Part shown: one piece after another, positions 13,258 through 26,039 of the stretch
Numbering within the stretch: position 1 is the first letter of the stretch
How the letters are laid out: the number at the start of each line of letters is the position of its first letter
Program-made: the position numbers and the translations under genes
From: Tricharina praecox
Lineage: Eukaryota
DNA length: 64,000 nt
Assembly (NCBI RefSeq): GCF_024521635.1
Contig: NW_026250454.1
Coordinates: 1-64,000 of the forward strand
Reading direction: 5' to 3'
The notes under the pieces: model-generated
The model's database searches: none
What the model was told of the DNA's origin: nothing
Seen by the model: the letters and a program-made list of their open reading frames with translations, nothing else

Positions 13258-13746
13258 CATCTCATCTCTCATCCCTCATCTCTATCTCTCGAGAGTTCTC
13301 TCTCGCTCCCTGTCCTGCATCTGGATCCCAGTTCATGTGCTCGGATTTCTCTCTGCTCGCTTTGGTCTGTCTGTGGTGGAGTGTGTGTGGGCCTCTGCCG
13401 AGCGAGCACTTACTCATAGTGCATGCATTGCCGAGTCGCCGAAAACCGGGAGTGGCTCGCGCTTCTCTGCGCCGAATGGAGATGTCGGACCGGGAAGGGG
13501 GGTGGGGAAAGAGAGCCATGGAGGGGGTGGGGGTAGCGAGTGGGGGGGCCATCCGTAGAGAAAGGCTAAATTCAAGGAAGGGTATATGGTACGCGCGACA
13601 CGGAGGGAATTGCAGAGTAATGGTGTTTTCATCAAGTCGTAACGGCTCGCGAAAGGACACGGGGGGTGGGGGGTAGTCAAGCAAACAGGCAAAGCAAACA
13701 GACAAACAAACGGCGGATGAGGAGATATGAGATATAGGACACTTAC

Positions 13747-13788
13747 ATTAGACATTCCGTACTGGGTACGGGGCTTAGCAGGAGCCAT
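13747..13788 (-). CDS. FBP26: Putative alternative first coding exon of FBP26 (MAPAKPRTQYGMSN), spliced to 11248
   Basis: ATG in aagATGg context after a long CT-rich leader; perfect GTAAGT donor at 13746 in phase 0; matching phase-0 acceptor TACTAAT...CAG at 11270-11249 just before LDDAQICVVMVG. Confidence 0.65.
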
Positions 13789-15196
13789 CTTGATGTCTGA
13801 TTGGATGGATGAGTGTAAACTTTCGTAGACCTTTCGTAGGTGTAGGTACGCGTTGAAGGTTGTATGAGGGAATAACGAGGCGACTGAGCTCGGTTCGGGG
13901 GTGTCCGCTTGGAGGTGTGGAGTGCGTGATGGAACTCGTGTGGTGTTGGTAGAGGAAGTAGGTAAGATGGATAGGTAGTCGTGTATCGACGCGTGTGGAG
14001 GATGGTGGGGGAGAAGGAGTTGAGTACGAGAGGTGGAGGAGCAGTAGGAGTAGGAGGAGGAGGTGAAGGAGGAGATGGAGGAGGAGGAGGAGGAAGAGGG
14101 AGGGGAGGAATGTAGAGATCACCGCGGGGTCAGAGGATGGCGGGGGTGATAGGAAAGGTCGGTCTATGTTCGGTGGGACTCACAACGAAAGGTCGCGGTA
14201 GGTGACAAGGCAAGGAGCAACACGAGGAGTGAGTGGGTGAGAGAATGAGCGAGGGGAGAGATGTTTCCATACGTCCTTCAACAGGCAAACTCCTTCGGTC
14301 TTGTCTCTTTACCTTCACGGCCAGTCTCGACCTCTGCGTTGGCTGTGTCGTTTATTACCTGTACGCAGAGATCTCCGGACATGCAGAAGCCCATATACCC
14401 GGAATCTCATCGCCAATATCCATATCACCAGCACATTACCTCTTCCCTCTCCATCCAGCTCTTTATCATCCTCCCCCACCTGCTCGATCGTCATGGCCAA
14501 CAGCCAGCCAGCATGGTGGGGGTGAGGGGGCAATGATTCTTGACCATGGAGAATCCTAGGCCTATAGATGGTCCACGTGAGGAAGAAGAGTCCCTGGCCT
14601 CGATAAACATCAACAACCACATGAATAGTGCAAGATAGAGTCCTAAAACCCATATGCGACCGAGCGCCTGGTGAGATCCCAAGAAAAACGCATCCGAGGA
14701 GGAGATCTCGGGTGGACGGAACTTCCCGGCGGCTCTGCTGGTGGCTTCTTTTGGCTTTGGATCCGTGACAAGTACGGGACTTCCCCGCAAAAGACGGCTG
14801 GTTGAAGAGTGCCCAAGAGAGAACTCTACTCAGATCCACGGTGAGAAGCTTTCCGGGAACGACTCCGTCTCGATTCTCGATCATCTACAACTTCTATACG
14901 ACAGGTCTGGTCTCTATGGTTCAAAGCTCCAGCAATCCTCCGATGGCTGGGCACTTTCTTGCTCACGTGCATGGTGACATCAGCTGCCTCGGATACCCGT
15001 TTCACATGCCATCGTGTGAGACGCATCATCCAGGCAGCTCCAGCTTCCCCGGATTCTCGACTGTCCTCGACTGTCCTCGACGTTCCTCGCAGCCCTTCAC
15101 GCACCTCCACCACTCGCATACAGCCCTCGATCTCGCTCCCATCTCGCCCGCAATTATCTTCCCACTGGCACCCACCTCAGCGCCGGCCCCGCCGCC

Positions 15197-17603
15197 ATGG
15201 CCGCCCAATCGAAGCTCACGCTGCCGTCCGACCGGTCACTCTCAGCGTTCCTCTCGCGCGCCTCCACCACCTACCTGAAGCACCGCAGCAGTATTTCGCG
15301 CGCCGTGTACCTGACGCTATTCATTGCGCTGATTAATCGGATCCGCAATGCGATCGCCGAGCAGAAATCTGCCGCCGCCCGACAGCGCGCGCAGGCGTCC
15401 TCGTCCTCCGGGAAGACCACATCTACACCTGGCGATATCACCGCTCGCAGGAAGGTGGAGCTCAATAGGGAGTTCTTTAGGAATCTGTTCAGACTGCTCA
15501 AGATCGTTGTTCCGGGCGTCAGGAGTAAGGAGATGAGACTGCTGGTCTCGCACAGTGTGTTCCTTGTTATTCGGACACTTATAAGCTTGTATGTGGCGGA
15601 GCTGGACGGAAAGCTCGTTAGTGCGCTGGTGCGCGGGAAGGGGAAGGACTTCTTGTGGGGGATCGTCTGGTGGATGCTGGTGGCTATTCCGGCAACGTTT
15701 ACCAACTCGATGGTGAGCTGTTCTTTAGGCGATTAGGGAAGAGTTTCTGGCTGACGATTATGACGAATAGCTGTCCTATCACCAGTGCAAACTGGCGCTG
15801 CAGTACCGCACGCGGTTGACGCAACACATCCACGACAAGTACCTCTCGCAGATGACGTTCTACGCGCTGGGGAACCTCGACGACCGCATCAAGAACGCCG
15901 ACCAGCTGATCACCGTCGACGTCGCAAAGTTCTCCAACTCCCTCGCCGAGATCTACTCCAACCTGGCCAAACCCGTGCTGGACATGTTCATCTACAACTG
16001 GCAGCTATCACGCAACGTGGGTGGCGAGGGGCTCTTCGCCATGGCGCTTCTGGTGCAGGTGTCAGCGAACGTGATGCGCGTGCTCACCCCGCCGTTCGGA
16101 AGATACGTTGCGGACGAGGCGCGGCTCGAGGGCGAATTCCGCTTCTCGCACAGCAGGCTGATCGACAACTCGGAGGAGATCGCGCTGTACTCGGGCCACG
16201 AGAGCGAAAAGACCACGCTCGACAAGGGCTACTTCACGCTGATCAAGCACGTGAACTACATCCTGCGCCGCCGCCTGTACCACGGCATGATGGAGGACTT
16301 CGTGATAAAATACTTCTGGGGCGCGCTCGGGCTCGTCCTCTGTTCCGTGCCCGTGTTCATTAAGATCCCCGGCGCGGCCGTCGCCACCCTCGGCGACCGC
16401 ACCGAAGGCTTCGTGACGAACCGCCGCCTGCTCCTCTCCTCCTCCGACGCCTTCGGCCGCGTCATGTTCAGCTACAAGGAGATCACCGAGCTGGCGGGGT
16501 ACACCTCCCGCGTCGCCTCGCTCCTCGACGTGATCGACGACATCCACCGGGGGCACTTCGAGAAGAAGCTAGTATCGAGCGCGTCGACCACCGCCAACGC
16601 CGCGATCCTCTCCGGCCGGGGCTCCGTCACCGAAGGCCCCAGTATCGAATTCACCAACGTGCCGATCGTGTCACCGAACGGCGACGTGCTAGTCCGCGCC
16701 CTCACCTTCCACGTGCACCCAGGCCAGCACCTGCTCATCGTCGGCCCCAACGGCTGCGGCAAAAGCAGCCTGTTCCGGATCATGGGCGGGCTGTGGCCGG
16801 TATACGGCGGTACGGTGGTGAAGCCGCCGCCCGACGACATCTTCTACATTCCGCAGCGCCCGTATATCTCGCGCGGCTCGCTGCGCCAGCAGATTATTTA
16901 CCCCGATAGCCATCTGGACATGGCCCGGCGTGGCACGACCGACGAGGACCTCCTGCGTATCCTCGAAACGGTCGATATCGCGCATATCGTCCGCGACGAC
17001 GCGTGGGACGATGAGCGCGAGTGGCGCGACGTCTGGAGCTCCGGGATACAGCAGCGTGTTGGCATGGCGAGGCTGTTTTACCACCGGCCGCAATAGTGCG
17101 CACCCCACCCCTCTCCCCCCACTCAACCCCCAACACCGCTAACGTGAACGATTAGCGCCATCCTGGATGAATGCACGTCCTCGCAAGATCTGGCGACGGA
17201 AAAGGCGCTGTACACGACGGCGAAGCAGCTGGGCGTCACGCTGATCACTGTTAGCCACCGCAGGAGCCTGTGGATGTACCACGAGAACATCTTGCAGTTC
17301 GATGGACAGGGCGGGTACGTCTTCACGAAGCTGGACGCTGAGAGGCGCGCGCAGCTGGAGGAGTAAGTTCCCCCCGAGAGATAGCTACGCAAGCTACGTG
17401 GGGAAAAAGGAAAGGGGCTAATGATGAGTAGTGAGAAAGAGGAACTCGAGCTGCGGCTGAGGCAGGTGCCGGATATTGAGAAGCGGATTGCGGAGCTCGA
17501 GGCCGTCGTTAAGGAGAGGGAGCTCGAGGGGAGTCCTTCGTACACACCGAGGATGGAGGGGGGTATGGACGATGGGTATTTTACGCCCAGGGGACATCAT
17601 TAG
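15197..17603 (+). CDS. PXA2: Peroxisomal ABCD half-transporter for long-chain fatty acyl-CoA; join(15197..15712,15771..17095,17156..17362,17432..17603)
   Basis: ABCD motifs [37 protein letters not shown], Walker [17 protein letters not shown], Walker [13 protein letters not shown]. Three frame-restoring introns. The PXA2 (vs PXA1) assignment is from recollection of the N-terminus and signature. Confidence 0.9.
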
Positions 17604-18057
17604 GGATGGTGGAGCTCTGGAGGATTTTTGGATGGATTTTTGGATGGGTGCGAGTTTTGATCGAATTAAGTAGCAGGGGCGGGGGGAGCTTCCCGTGATA
17701 TTTTGGATAAGGCGGAGGTAAGGTGAGGTGGAAGCGGCATATAGGGAACCATGTAGACGGAATGTACAGAGTGATACCATATAAGGAGAAATATCCAGAT
17801 CATCACCAACGGAGAATGAATGGGTGTCATGTGTCATGTGTCCGGTAGCAGCGTACAGCCAATGTAGAGTACAAATCGTCGATCATAGTGTCGCACTCGA
17901 CCCTTTCAGCTCGGAGCGAGTGTTGCGAGTCTCGTTGAAAAGCCACTGTCGTCACTCGTCGAAGATATTGCACATTTGTCATATTTGTCATATTGGTCAT
18001 ATACGCCACAAGTGCGCCTCGAGTGCGCCTCGATAATTCTGTTTATTCTCATGCTTG

Positions 18058-18093
18058 CTTCTGCTTCTGCTTCTGCTTCTGCTTCTGCTTCTG
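18058..18093. repeat. (CTTCTG)n microsatellite
   Basis: About 6 copies visible. Confidence 0.9.
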
Positions 18094-19720
18094 TCTGGTA
18101 GGTATGGTATGGCTAGCTGGTCATCCACTGGGTTCTGCGATTGAATCAATTGCAAGCAACTGAATAATATCATAGTCGTATTCTCAATAGCGAGAAATGT
18201 GTGTGTATGTGGGAGGCCCCTTAGAAAAGGAGTGCTATCAACTCTGAAGTCTAGACGGCCACACCGTACGGAGTATGAACACCAATACCAACAACCTCTG
18301 CTCGCCCCACGATGGAGTCTTCACTGTCCAGCGGTGGAGCTTCACCCTCTCCACCGATTGCGCGTCCCACCGGGGTGCTGTGTACCTACAATCCTACAAT
18401 CCTACAATCCTAGATAACCGATCCCCGCAGGGCCGCTACAACCGTGTCCCTCTTCAGAGTACTTGGTAGGTTGTATCCCGGTACTCTACCGTACTCTATG
18501 ATACTCTGTGGATACCGGGCTACGCAGTTACGTCGTTACATACTCCCATGTTCACTGTTTGATCGCCATCAACGTGCGGCACGCATGTTGCATGTTGCGT
18601 TCGTGCTTCGTGCTTCGTGGCGGAGTATCTACCGTACATACATACAGGTATCATACGTTTGCCAATTTGCTGGGCGGGTATGTGTGATATCTCCGTGGAG
18701 TGGGGAGTGGGGAGGGGAGTGGGGAGTACTTACGCGGCCTGGGTGGTTTTGGCTTAGATGGCTTGGATACCAGTAGCTACCATTATACCAATGCCAGTCT
18801 CAACTTTCAAGAGAAGCACAGTCCTGGCCACTGCCGCCGCAGCGACAAAATCGTCTGTGTGCCTTGAGGCTTGCACTCACCGAGCCAGTCCCTCAACTTT
18901 CAAGCTCTGGCGGGAGCAACACCAGGCTTCACCAGCTCTATGGACTCACAAGATGCGCAGGGAGATACCTGTAACCTGGGTACTTGGCACATGTACGTCG
19001 AGTACCTACATATGGTGGGTATGATACATACAAGTCTGTCCAATCATACCCCGCGTTTCGGCGTGCGCAGTACAGTGGTTTTCGTGCTCCGCCCTCCACC
19101 GCCACTGACCGGTATGAAGTGCGGTGATTTCACTGTGCGTACATGCGTAAATACCAAGCTCGCCATGACGACTTTTGCAAAAGTTTTGCATGCTGCATCC
19201 TCTCTGTCCAGCGTCTTTGGCTGCAGTGCTGTTCACTCCACCGGTACCGTAGACACCGGTACGATTATGTAGGACAGTAGAGTAGAGTACCGGTGAGTAG
19301 AGTCGTACCAATCCTGTACTATCGCGCGCGCTACTAATCATTCTCTACCGGTACTCTTTCCAAATTCCAAAATCTGCCAGTTGCGTCACACACAACAAAT
19401 ATTTACACCGTAAGCGCCGCCGTTGCAGGCACGCTGCACACATGCATCGGACATCCCTACAGGAATACCGGTGTTCGCTGTTACCGGACGAAAGTTAAGA
19501 CTCGACCAACACCGATACTACTGCTGTGAGTGGTGTGGATTGATGGTCTCGCTGTGGACAGTCACTTCTCTCTCTCTCAGACGTGATTTCGAGTCTCGTT
19601 CACAGTTCCACAGCTAAATCACAAGTATCAAGTGTCACTGCGATCAGGTCCTTGACGAATTTGGTATTATATTGCGCTTTAAAAAAAAGGTACATCGAAG
19701 AAGTATGACAAAACAGCAGA

Positions 19721-20346
19721 TTATACGATGAGGGCGACGGCAGCGACAGCCGCCACGACACCCATGACACCAGCTCTGACGCCAGCCGCACCCGCATTCG
19801 CATCCTGCGTCTGGAGGGGACCAGTTCCGGAGCCGCTGGCATCGGCGCTGCCGGTAGCAGTGGGGGCAGCCGAGTTCTCGAAAGCACCGATGACGCTGGT
19901 CACGTCTGCGACGAGGCTGGACTTGACGGCCTTGTTCATGTAGGTCTCGGTGGCCATGTATTTGGTGACGATGGAGACGACGTCCTCGGCGATCGCGACG
20001 ACTGCCGGGTCGGTGGCGAGTGAAGCGAGGTCCGTTGCGGTAGGCTCCTCGACGATGTGCGTTTGCGTCACGGCGTAGGTTGCGACTTCCTCGACGATCT
20101 CGGATTGCACCGACGAGAAGCCCGAGGCCGTGCGGTATTTGCTGTAGACGCTGGCGACGCCGGCCATGCCGGGGATCGTGGCGTATGCGCTGACGGCGGC
20201 GTCGATGTACTCGCCGGGAATTTCCTCTCTGTGGGGGGTTAGTGGTGTGCGAGAGGGGATATGGGGTAGGGGACGTACTCGGACGCAGACGACTGAGCGA
20301 CGGCGGCGCCGGCAAGGGCGAGGAAGGGAAGGACGTGGAAACGCAT
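19721..20346 (-). CDS. Small secreted, probably GPI-anchored Ala/Ser/Thr-rich protein (191 aa); complement(join(19721..20228,20279..20346))
   Basis: Signal peptide MRFHVLPFLALAGAAVAQ; intron 20229-20278 (GTACGT...ACTAAC...CAG) restores frame; C-terminal NAG omega-like site plus hydrophobic tail GVMGVVAAVAAVALIV; TATAAA upstream (~20482-20487). Confidence 0.85.
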
Positions 20347-21666
20347 TATCGATTTGTGTCGTGGAGTTCGTTCGAAAGAGTGAAAGAGTGTGATCGAAGT
20401 TAAGTTGAAGTTAAAGTTGAAGTTGAACGAGGGTCTGAGAGCTGTGAAGAATCTGGCCTGCGGGGAGTGCGCCTCTTGCTCTTTATACTCTATTCCATCT
20501 ACCCCTTCCTTTCTCCAAGCCCGATATGCATCCCCAAGCCTGCACCACTTCGCTCTCGCATTGTGGTAAGTTCTTAGTATATGCCAGGGCGCGAAGAGTC
20601 ATCCCCGGCAAGATCGGCAATCCTGCAGGCACACAGGCGAGGTTTATCCACAAACGCTATGAAATCCGCCTCGAATACGAGACTGGTGTAGGCGCTGTTG
20701 CTAGTTCGAATGGTTTTGGGTAAGGTGCCTTGAGGATTACTATTCGACGGGGTTCCGACTGGACAACTGGGAGGGGGTACTAGATAATAGAGTATCTACT
20801 AATTAGTACTAATAGTAGTAGGTGGGGCAGGGAGAGAACCTCGATTCAGTTCGCATAACTACTACATATAGCCTCTCCACTATGGAGAAGGGAGGTGGGT
20901 GGCTGAGCGTGATTGCACTTCGTGACATGGCAGGCAGAGTGATGACAGCCAAGTAAAGACGTGTACCGATACATTGCACACAAAAGCTATCAGGTCGTAG
21001 AAAGCCTGATCTGAGGAAGGTTATGATGAGAGTCCTTCGACACGAATGAAGCTGTCAGTGGATTCGAATAGCAGACGACGTTGGGGGTCATCACTCGCTA
21101 TGTTCACTGCCGCTGGCGAATCGGGATCTCTCTGTTCCGAAGAATTAGTTGGATTACTAGTAAAAGAGTTTCGTGGGGGCTCAGGTAGTGAGAGATTGCA
21201 ATGGTTTCTGTGGCTGCTGTGGCTGCTCCACTGTGGCTGGTGTTCAACTCTGCGTAACTAGCTCATGGCGCCTCGCTGAGCCGCATCCATCCTCATCTGC
21301 ACGCGAAGTTAACACAACCACCCCAGAAGAATTCAAATCGAAACTCTCACGAAGCCACTTCGAACTACGAGACACAGTTATTAGCAAGCAGTGGGTACCC
21401 GGCCTTCGCCTATCTACCTCGAAGTACCCCCTCGTGCCATCGTAATGCTCACACAATGGTCTCAGCCCATCGTACACCAGGACGTGTCCGGCGTGAGGAA
21501 GCCCGCGAGCGCGCTGCTCGGCAGCAAGCATCACCACCAGCACCACCGCCGCGGCCGCTGCGCACGCTCCGGCAACCGCCAATACCACCGTCCTCACCGC
21601 GACGCGCGCACCTTAGCCCATCCCCCGCCCCCGCGGAAGCTGCCGCCCCCGCTACCACTCGCTACG

Positions 21667-24600
21667 ATGACGGCCTCCGCAGAAGCCCACTCGGCGCGGT
21701 ACGAGCCCATGGAGTCGGTTCTGCTCTTCCACAACCTAGTTGGCGCCGGCGGGGTCAGCATGGAGTCGCTCCAAGCGGCGGCTTCGATCCTAATGAACAA
21801 TCCGCTCGTCGACGCTACCCACGACCGCGAGCGCTTCGAGCCCGATGCCCTGCGGAAACACGTCTTCCACATCATTGAGGACGACGGCATGGCTCCTGTC
21901 GATCCGGCGCTGCTGCATCGTGCTACCGTAAAGCTGTACGAACGCTTCAGGAAAACGATTATAGCTTCCATCAGGGAGGACGAGAAGCAGTACTTTCAGA
22001 TGCAGCGTGACATCAAGGAAATCACAGCTGGACATTGGGATGAGAGATTGCAAGTAGACTATCGTGAGAGGACGAGGACGAGGAGTAGGAGTAGGAGCGA
22101 GAGCAGGAGTGTTTCGCCGGAGAAGGGAGAGTCACTCGCCGCCGAGAAGACGGCATCCCCCGCGCTGCGTCCAGTGGTGGAGGTTGTTGTCAAACGGCCT
22201 ACCCTGGTTCCCGTCGTAGCTCCCGGGCCGATTGTGAGGAGTGAAATGCCACGGCTGCCACCGGCTACGGCCAAGACACCTGTTTCGGTCGCAGCACCGA
22301 AGGAGCCGAAGCCGGCGGAGCAAGAAAGAGCGGGGAGTACCCCAGCACCGTCAGTGGTGGTGGCTCCACGGCGTCCCAAGACACCACAGACGCCTGCGGT
22401 TCCCGCGGTTCAAGCTCCTCCGACAACCAGATCTCTTCCGCCTCCGCAAGCGCAAGTGATTCCGCCTCCTTCTCCGCCGCCTCCACCTCCGCCGCCGCCT
22501 CCCCCTCCTCCTCCCATCGAGGTTCCTTTCGTGGTCACTCCTCAGCTCGTGAACGGTAAATACTCTTACGCTGGCTGTGAATTCCGATCTATGGTGCTAA
22601 CATCAACTGTGTGCAGCGCCGCCAGCGCAAAATCAATTGGACTCTGCAAAGAAGCCTATCCCCCAAACGGGTTCTCTTGCGCCGACCCAACCCGCAACAC
22701 CTATTCACGTTTTGCCCGAGCGATCCCCGGTGCCGCAGCTCTCGAAGCCTCCTATAAGAGGAAGTTCGAAAGCACGGTTGAAGCAGCAGCAAGAGGCACA
22801 GGAACGGCAGAGGCAACAGCTGCAACAACAACCGCCTCCCCCTCCTCCTTCATTTGCACCTTCGGCGGCAGCTCCAGCTCCAGCTCCACCACCACCTCCA
22901 CTATCACCACCCCCGCCGCTTCTGGAGGTACCGCCTCCACCACCCCCACCACCCACGTTTCAGGTGCGCCCACGACCAGAAGCTGCGATTCTGCCACAGC
23001 CACCGCGGCTCTCGACAGATACCCGAAAACAACAGCACGGCCAGGTTGCAACGCCGCCTCGCCCTGCAGGCCGACAGCTACCACCGGTACCCGTTCATTC
23101 ACAGCAGATTCCGGTCACACCTTCGCACTCCCCTATTGCTCCCCAGTCAGCGGCCAAACCCATCCAAACTCCCCGCACAGCACCTCCGAGAAGCATCATT
23201 CCCGGCTCCGTATCGGCCGGACTCCCAGGACAGCCTCCCATACCCGTTCCAGCTCGACCTTCACCTGGTACACTCGGTCTTCTCGTGAAGACGGGAGAAC
23301 GGCTTCATAACAGCAAGGCCCCAGAACAGCGCGCCACACCTTCCCAGAGTCCACTGCAGTCGTCGCAATCTCCTGCGCGCCCACCGCACATATCGCCCGC
23401 TCGATCGTCCCCTGCACATGGTCCGCACCAGGTGCGTGTGAACCACGGAGGAGTGCCACCGCCACGACAGCCTGTGTTTGTGCCAGGTCCACCGGTGACA
23501 CCGCAACACGGTGTACGCGCGCAGCCGATGCCACTACCACATCTGCCGCCAGTGCCCGCTTACGGCGTCATGTATGCACCTCAGAACAGTCCCGGCGGCA
23601 CGCCGCAATCAATCCATCACCCCATGCAGCAGCATCCGCATCCGCATGGCTTCTCGTCGCCTCACGGCGGGAGCCCACAGTACGGACCATACGCCTTCAC
23701 ACCGCCGCCTCCGCAGAACACAATGCATCCTCACAACCAGCAGCAGCAGCCAATGCCACTCCCGCCGATGCAGCAGATGCAGCTACACCCCGCACTCCCC
23801 GTGACGGCAGGCGCAAGGAATGTGCTCCAGCCAGCCGTACCAAGCACCATGCCCCCTCCTGTGGGATACGATCCCGGCTCGCCCGTCCAGCCCAGCTCGA
23901 ACGATATCTCGCCGATCAGCACTCCACCCGGGTCGCCATTGCCGCATGCACGGCCGAAGCCCGCCGCGACAGCAACTGCTACTCCCTGTCAAGCTGCCCC
24001 AGGACACGCCGGCGCGCCGAAGTCGCTCGTTGCTATCGCCGCGAAACCGGATGCGAACAAGGCGGCGGCCGCCTCTGCAAGCAAGAAGGGCAAAGCGGCT
24101 ATCGGTCGGCCTAGGAAGCGACCGTTGGAAGTATCAGAGCTGGCGGCTGAAGGTGGCGAGGGCCCGTCGTCGTCGGTGGGATCGGTATCGGCGAAGAAGG
24201 AGGGTGTTGCTGCTGCTTCAGCGCCGCCTAAGAGGCCAAAGTTGAAGGATGTACTCGATTCTGCGGGCGAGGGCTTTCCGAGCACTCCGTCGGCGAGAGG
24301 GGGCCGTGGCGGTTCAAGAGGAGGCAAGTCTACGAGAGGAAATGGACGCGGGAGGCCGCGTGGATCCACGAAGGCTACAGCTGGTGCTAGGACTACGGGG
24401 CTGGAGAGACGGGATAAGGAGAAGACGGCTGATGCACAGAGCGATACCGCGCCGAAGACTCCCGGTCCTGCTAGGAGCGCAACTCCGTCGAAACCGGCGG
24501 CTACAACTAAGAATTCGCTGCCCCCTCCGCCGACCAGGAGAAGCCCCGACACCCCTTCGACGAAGGCCCTTCCTATCAACACACCAAAGAGGGAATCTAC

Positions 24601-25669
24601 AGAAACTCCGTCGACTTTCACGGAAACGCCAGCCGAGCCTGCCGCTAGGAAGGCGAGCGATGGAGATGCCGACATGAAAACCCTCGAGCCGGAGAAGCCT
24701 GCGGAGTCCCCTGCTGCCGCATCGTCATCGCCGGTCGCGCATCGCTCGCGCAAGCGTAAGGCGAGTTCCCCGCCGGAGGGGGGCACGGACGACACAGAAG
24801 ACGAGCAGGACCAGAGCTCCAACGTGTCGCCGAGCGTTTCTCGGCCTCCGCAGCCACGCGCGCTCACGATCCCGCCGCCCATGACCCTGACCGCCGGGCA
24901 GCAGCCGATGATTACTGCCTACAGGAGGTTCAGCGGGCTGGCTACCCCGCTGATCGGAAATATCTTCTCCCACAAGTTCGCAAACCTCTTCTCGGCGCCT
25001 GTGCCGGAGCGGTTGGCACCTGGCTATAAGAATCTCGTCTTCAGACCGCAGGATCTCAAGAGTTTGTTTCCTCTGATCTGATGTGTGCGTATATTGATAC
25101 AAGCTAACCCACCACCCCCAGGCATCAAAGCAGCCGTCAAAGCCGGCGCCGTGGCGATGCAATCGCTATCGACCACCAGCGCCGTCGCGACGCCGACAAC
25201 CGCGGACATGCCACCTCTGTACCCCAGCACGTCCTCGACCGTCGTGACCACCACGACGGTCACCACGCCCGCCACCACGGCCGTCACCCCGCCCCGCGGA
25301 ATCGTCAACTCCCAGCAGCTCGAGAAGGAGCTGTTCCGCATGTTTGCCAACGCGGTCATGTACAACAAGATCTCGACCGAGATCGTCAAGGAAACGGTCG
25401 AGATGGCGAAGACAGTGCAGGCTATGGTTGATGACTTTCGGGGCGCGGAGGAGGTGGGCGCGAAGAAGAGACTGCTCGCTACCAAGGCCGTCGAGGAGAG
25501 GGAGCGCGAGGAGAGTGAGAGTGCTGCTGGGAGTGTGCTTGGTGAGGGTGAGGATCTGGGGGATAGAAACAGGAAGACTCCTGTGAGGGGGAAGAAGCCG
25601 AGGAAGAAGGGGAGGATCTCGGCGGCGCATGCTATGGCGGAGAAGAGGGAGGAGGATGTCAAGGAGTAG
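21667..25669 (+). CDS. Large Pro-rich chromatin protein with AT-hook(s) and C-terminal bromodomain (BRD8/Bdc1-like); join(21667..22555,22617..25061,25122..25669)
   Basis: Bromodomain elements HKFANLFSAPV...APGY..LVFRPQDLKSIK and ELFRMFANAVMYN; AT-hook RGRPR and GRPRK; two frame-restoring introns with GCTAAC branch points. Confidence 0.85.
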
Positions 25670-26039
25670 AGATGTGTGTACTCCCGCGTTTTCATGGATC
25701 CCTTGCATCTACATTCTGCCATTTCTTAAGGAGGCTATATGGAGGTAATGATGTAGGAATGATGGTCATTCTTCATTCTTCATTCTTCTTCTCTCTGCTC
25801 GGTTTAGTTACTCTCCAACTCCAACTCTTTTTACTCTTTTTACTCTTTTTACTCTTTTGCTTTCTGCGATCATGGGGGGTTCGGCGATTCGTTTCGGTAT
25901 TTCTGCTTTTTGCTTTCTTGTTTGTGGGTTTGATCTTTACAATGGAATGCGAATGGCGATGGAGAGCGCTGTATTATTACATAGAAATGGAATAGCAATG
26001 TTGAACGGAATAGCAATAAAATAGTTAGCAAACGGAGCA

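Noticed and set aside
17094..17096. Apparent premature TAG truncating PXA2 before Walker B
   Set aside because: TA|G spans the donor of intron 17096-17155; splicing gives TAC (Tyr) and restores YAILDECTS.
21391..21666. N-terminal extension of the bromodomain ORF from a GTG start
   Set aside because: Low-complexity leader; the gene-like sequence begins at ATG 21667.
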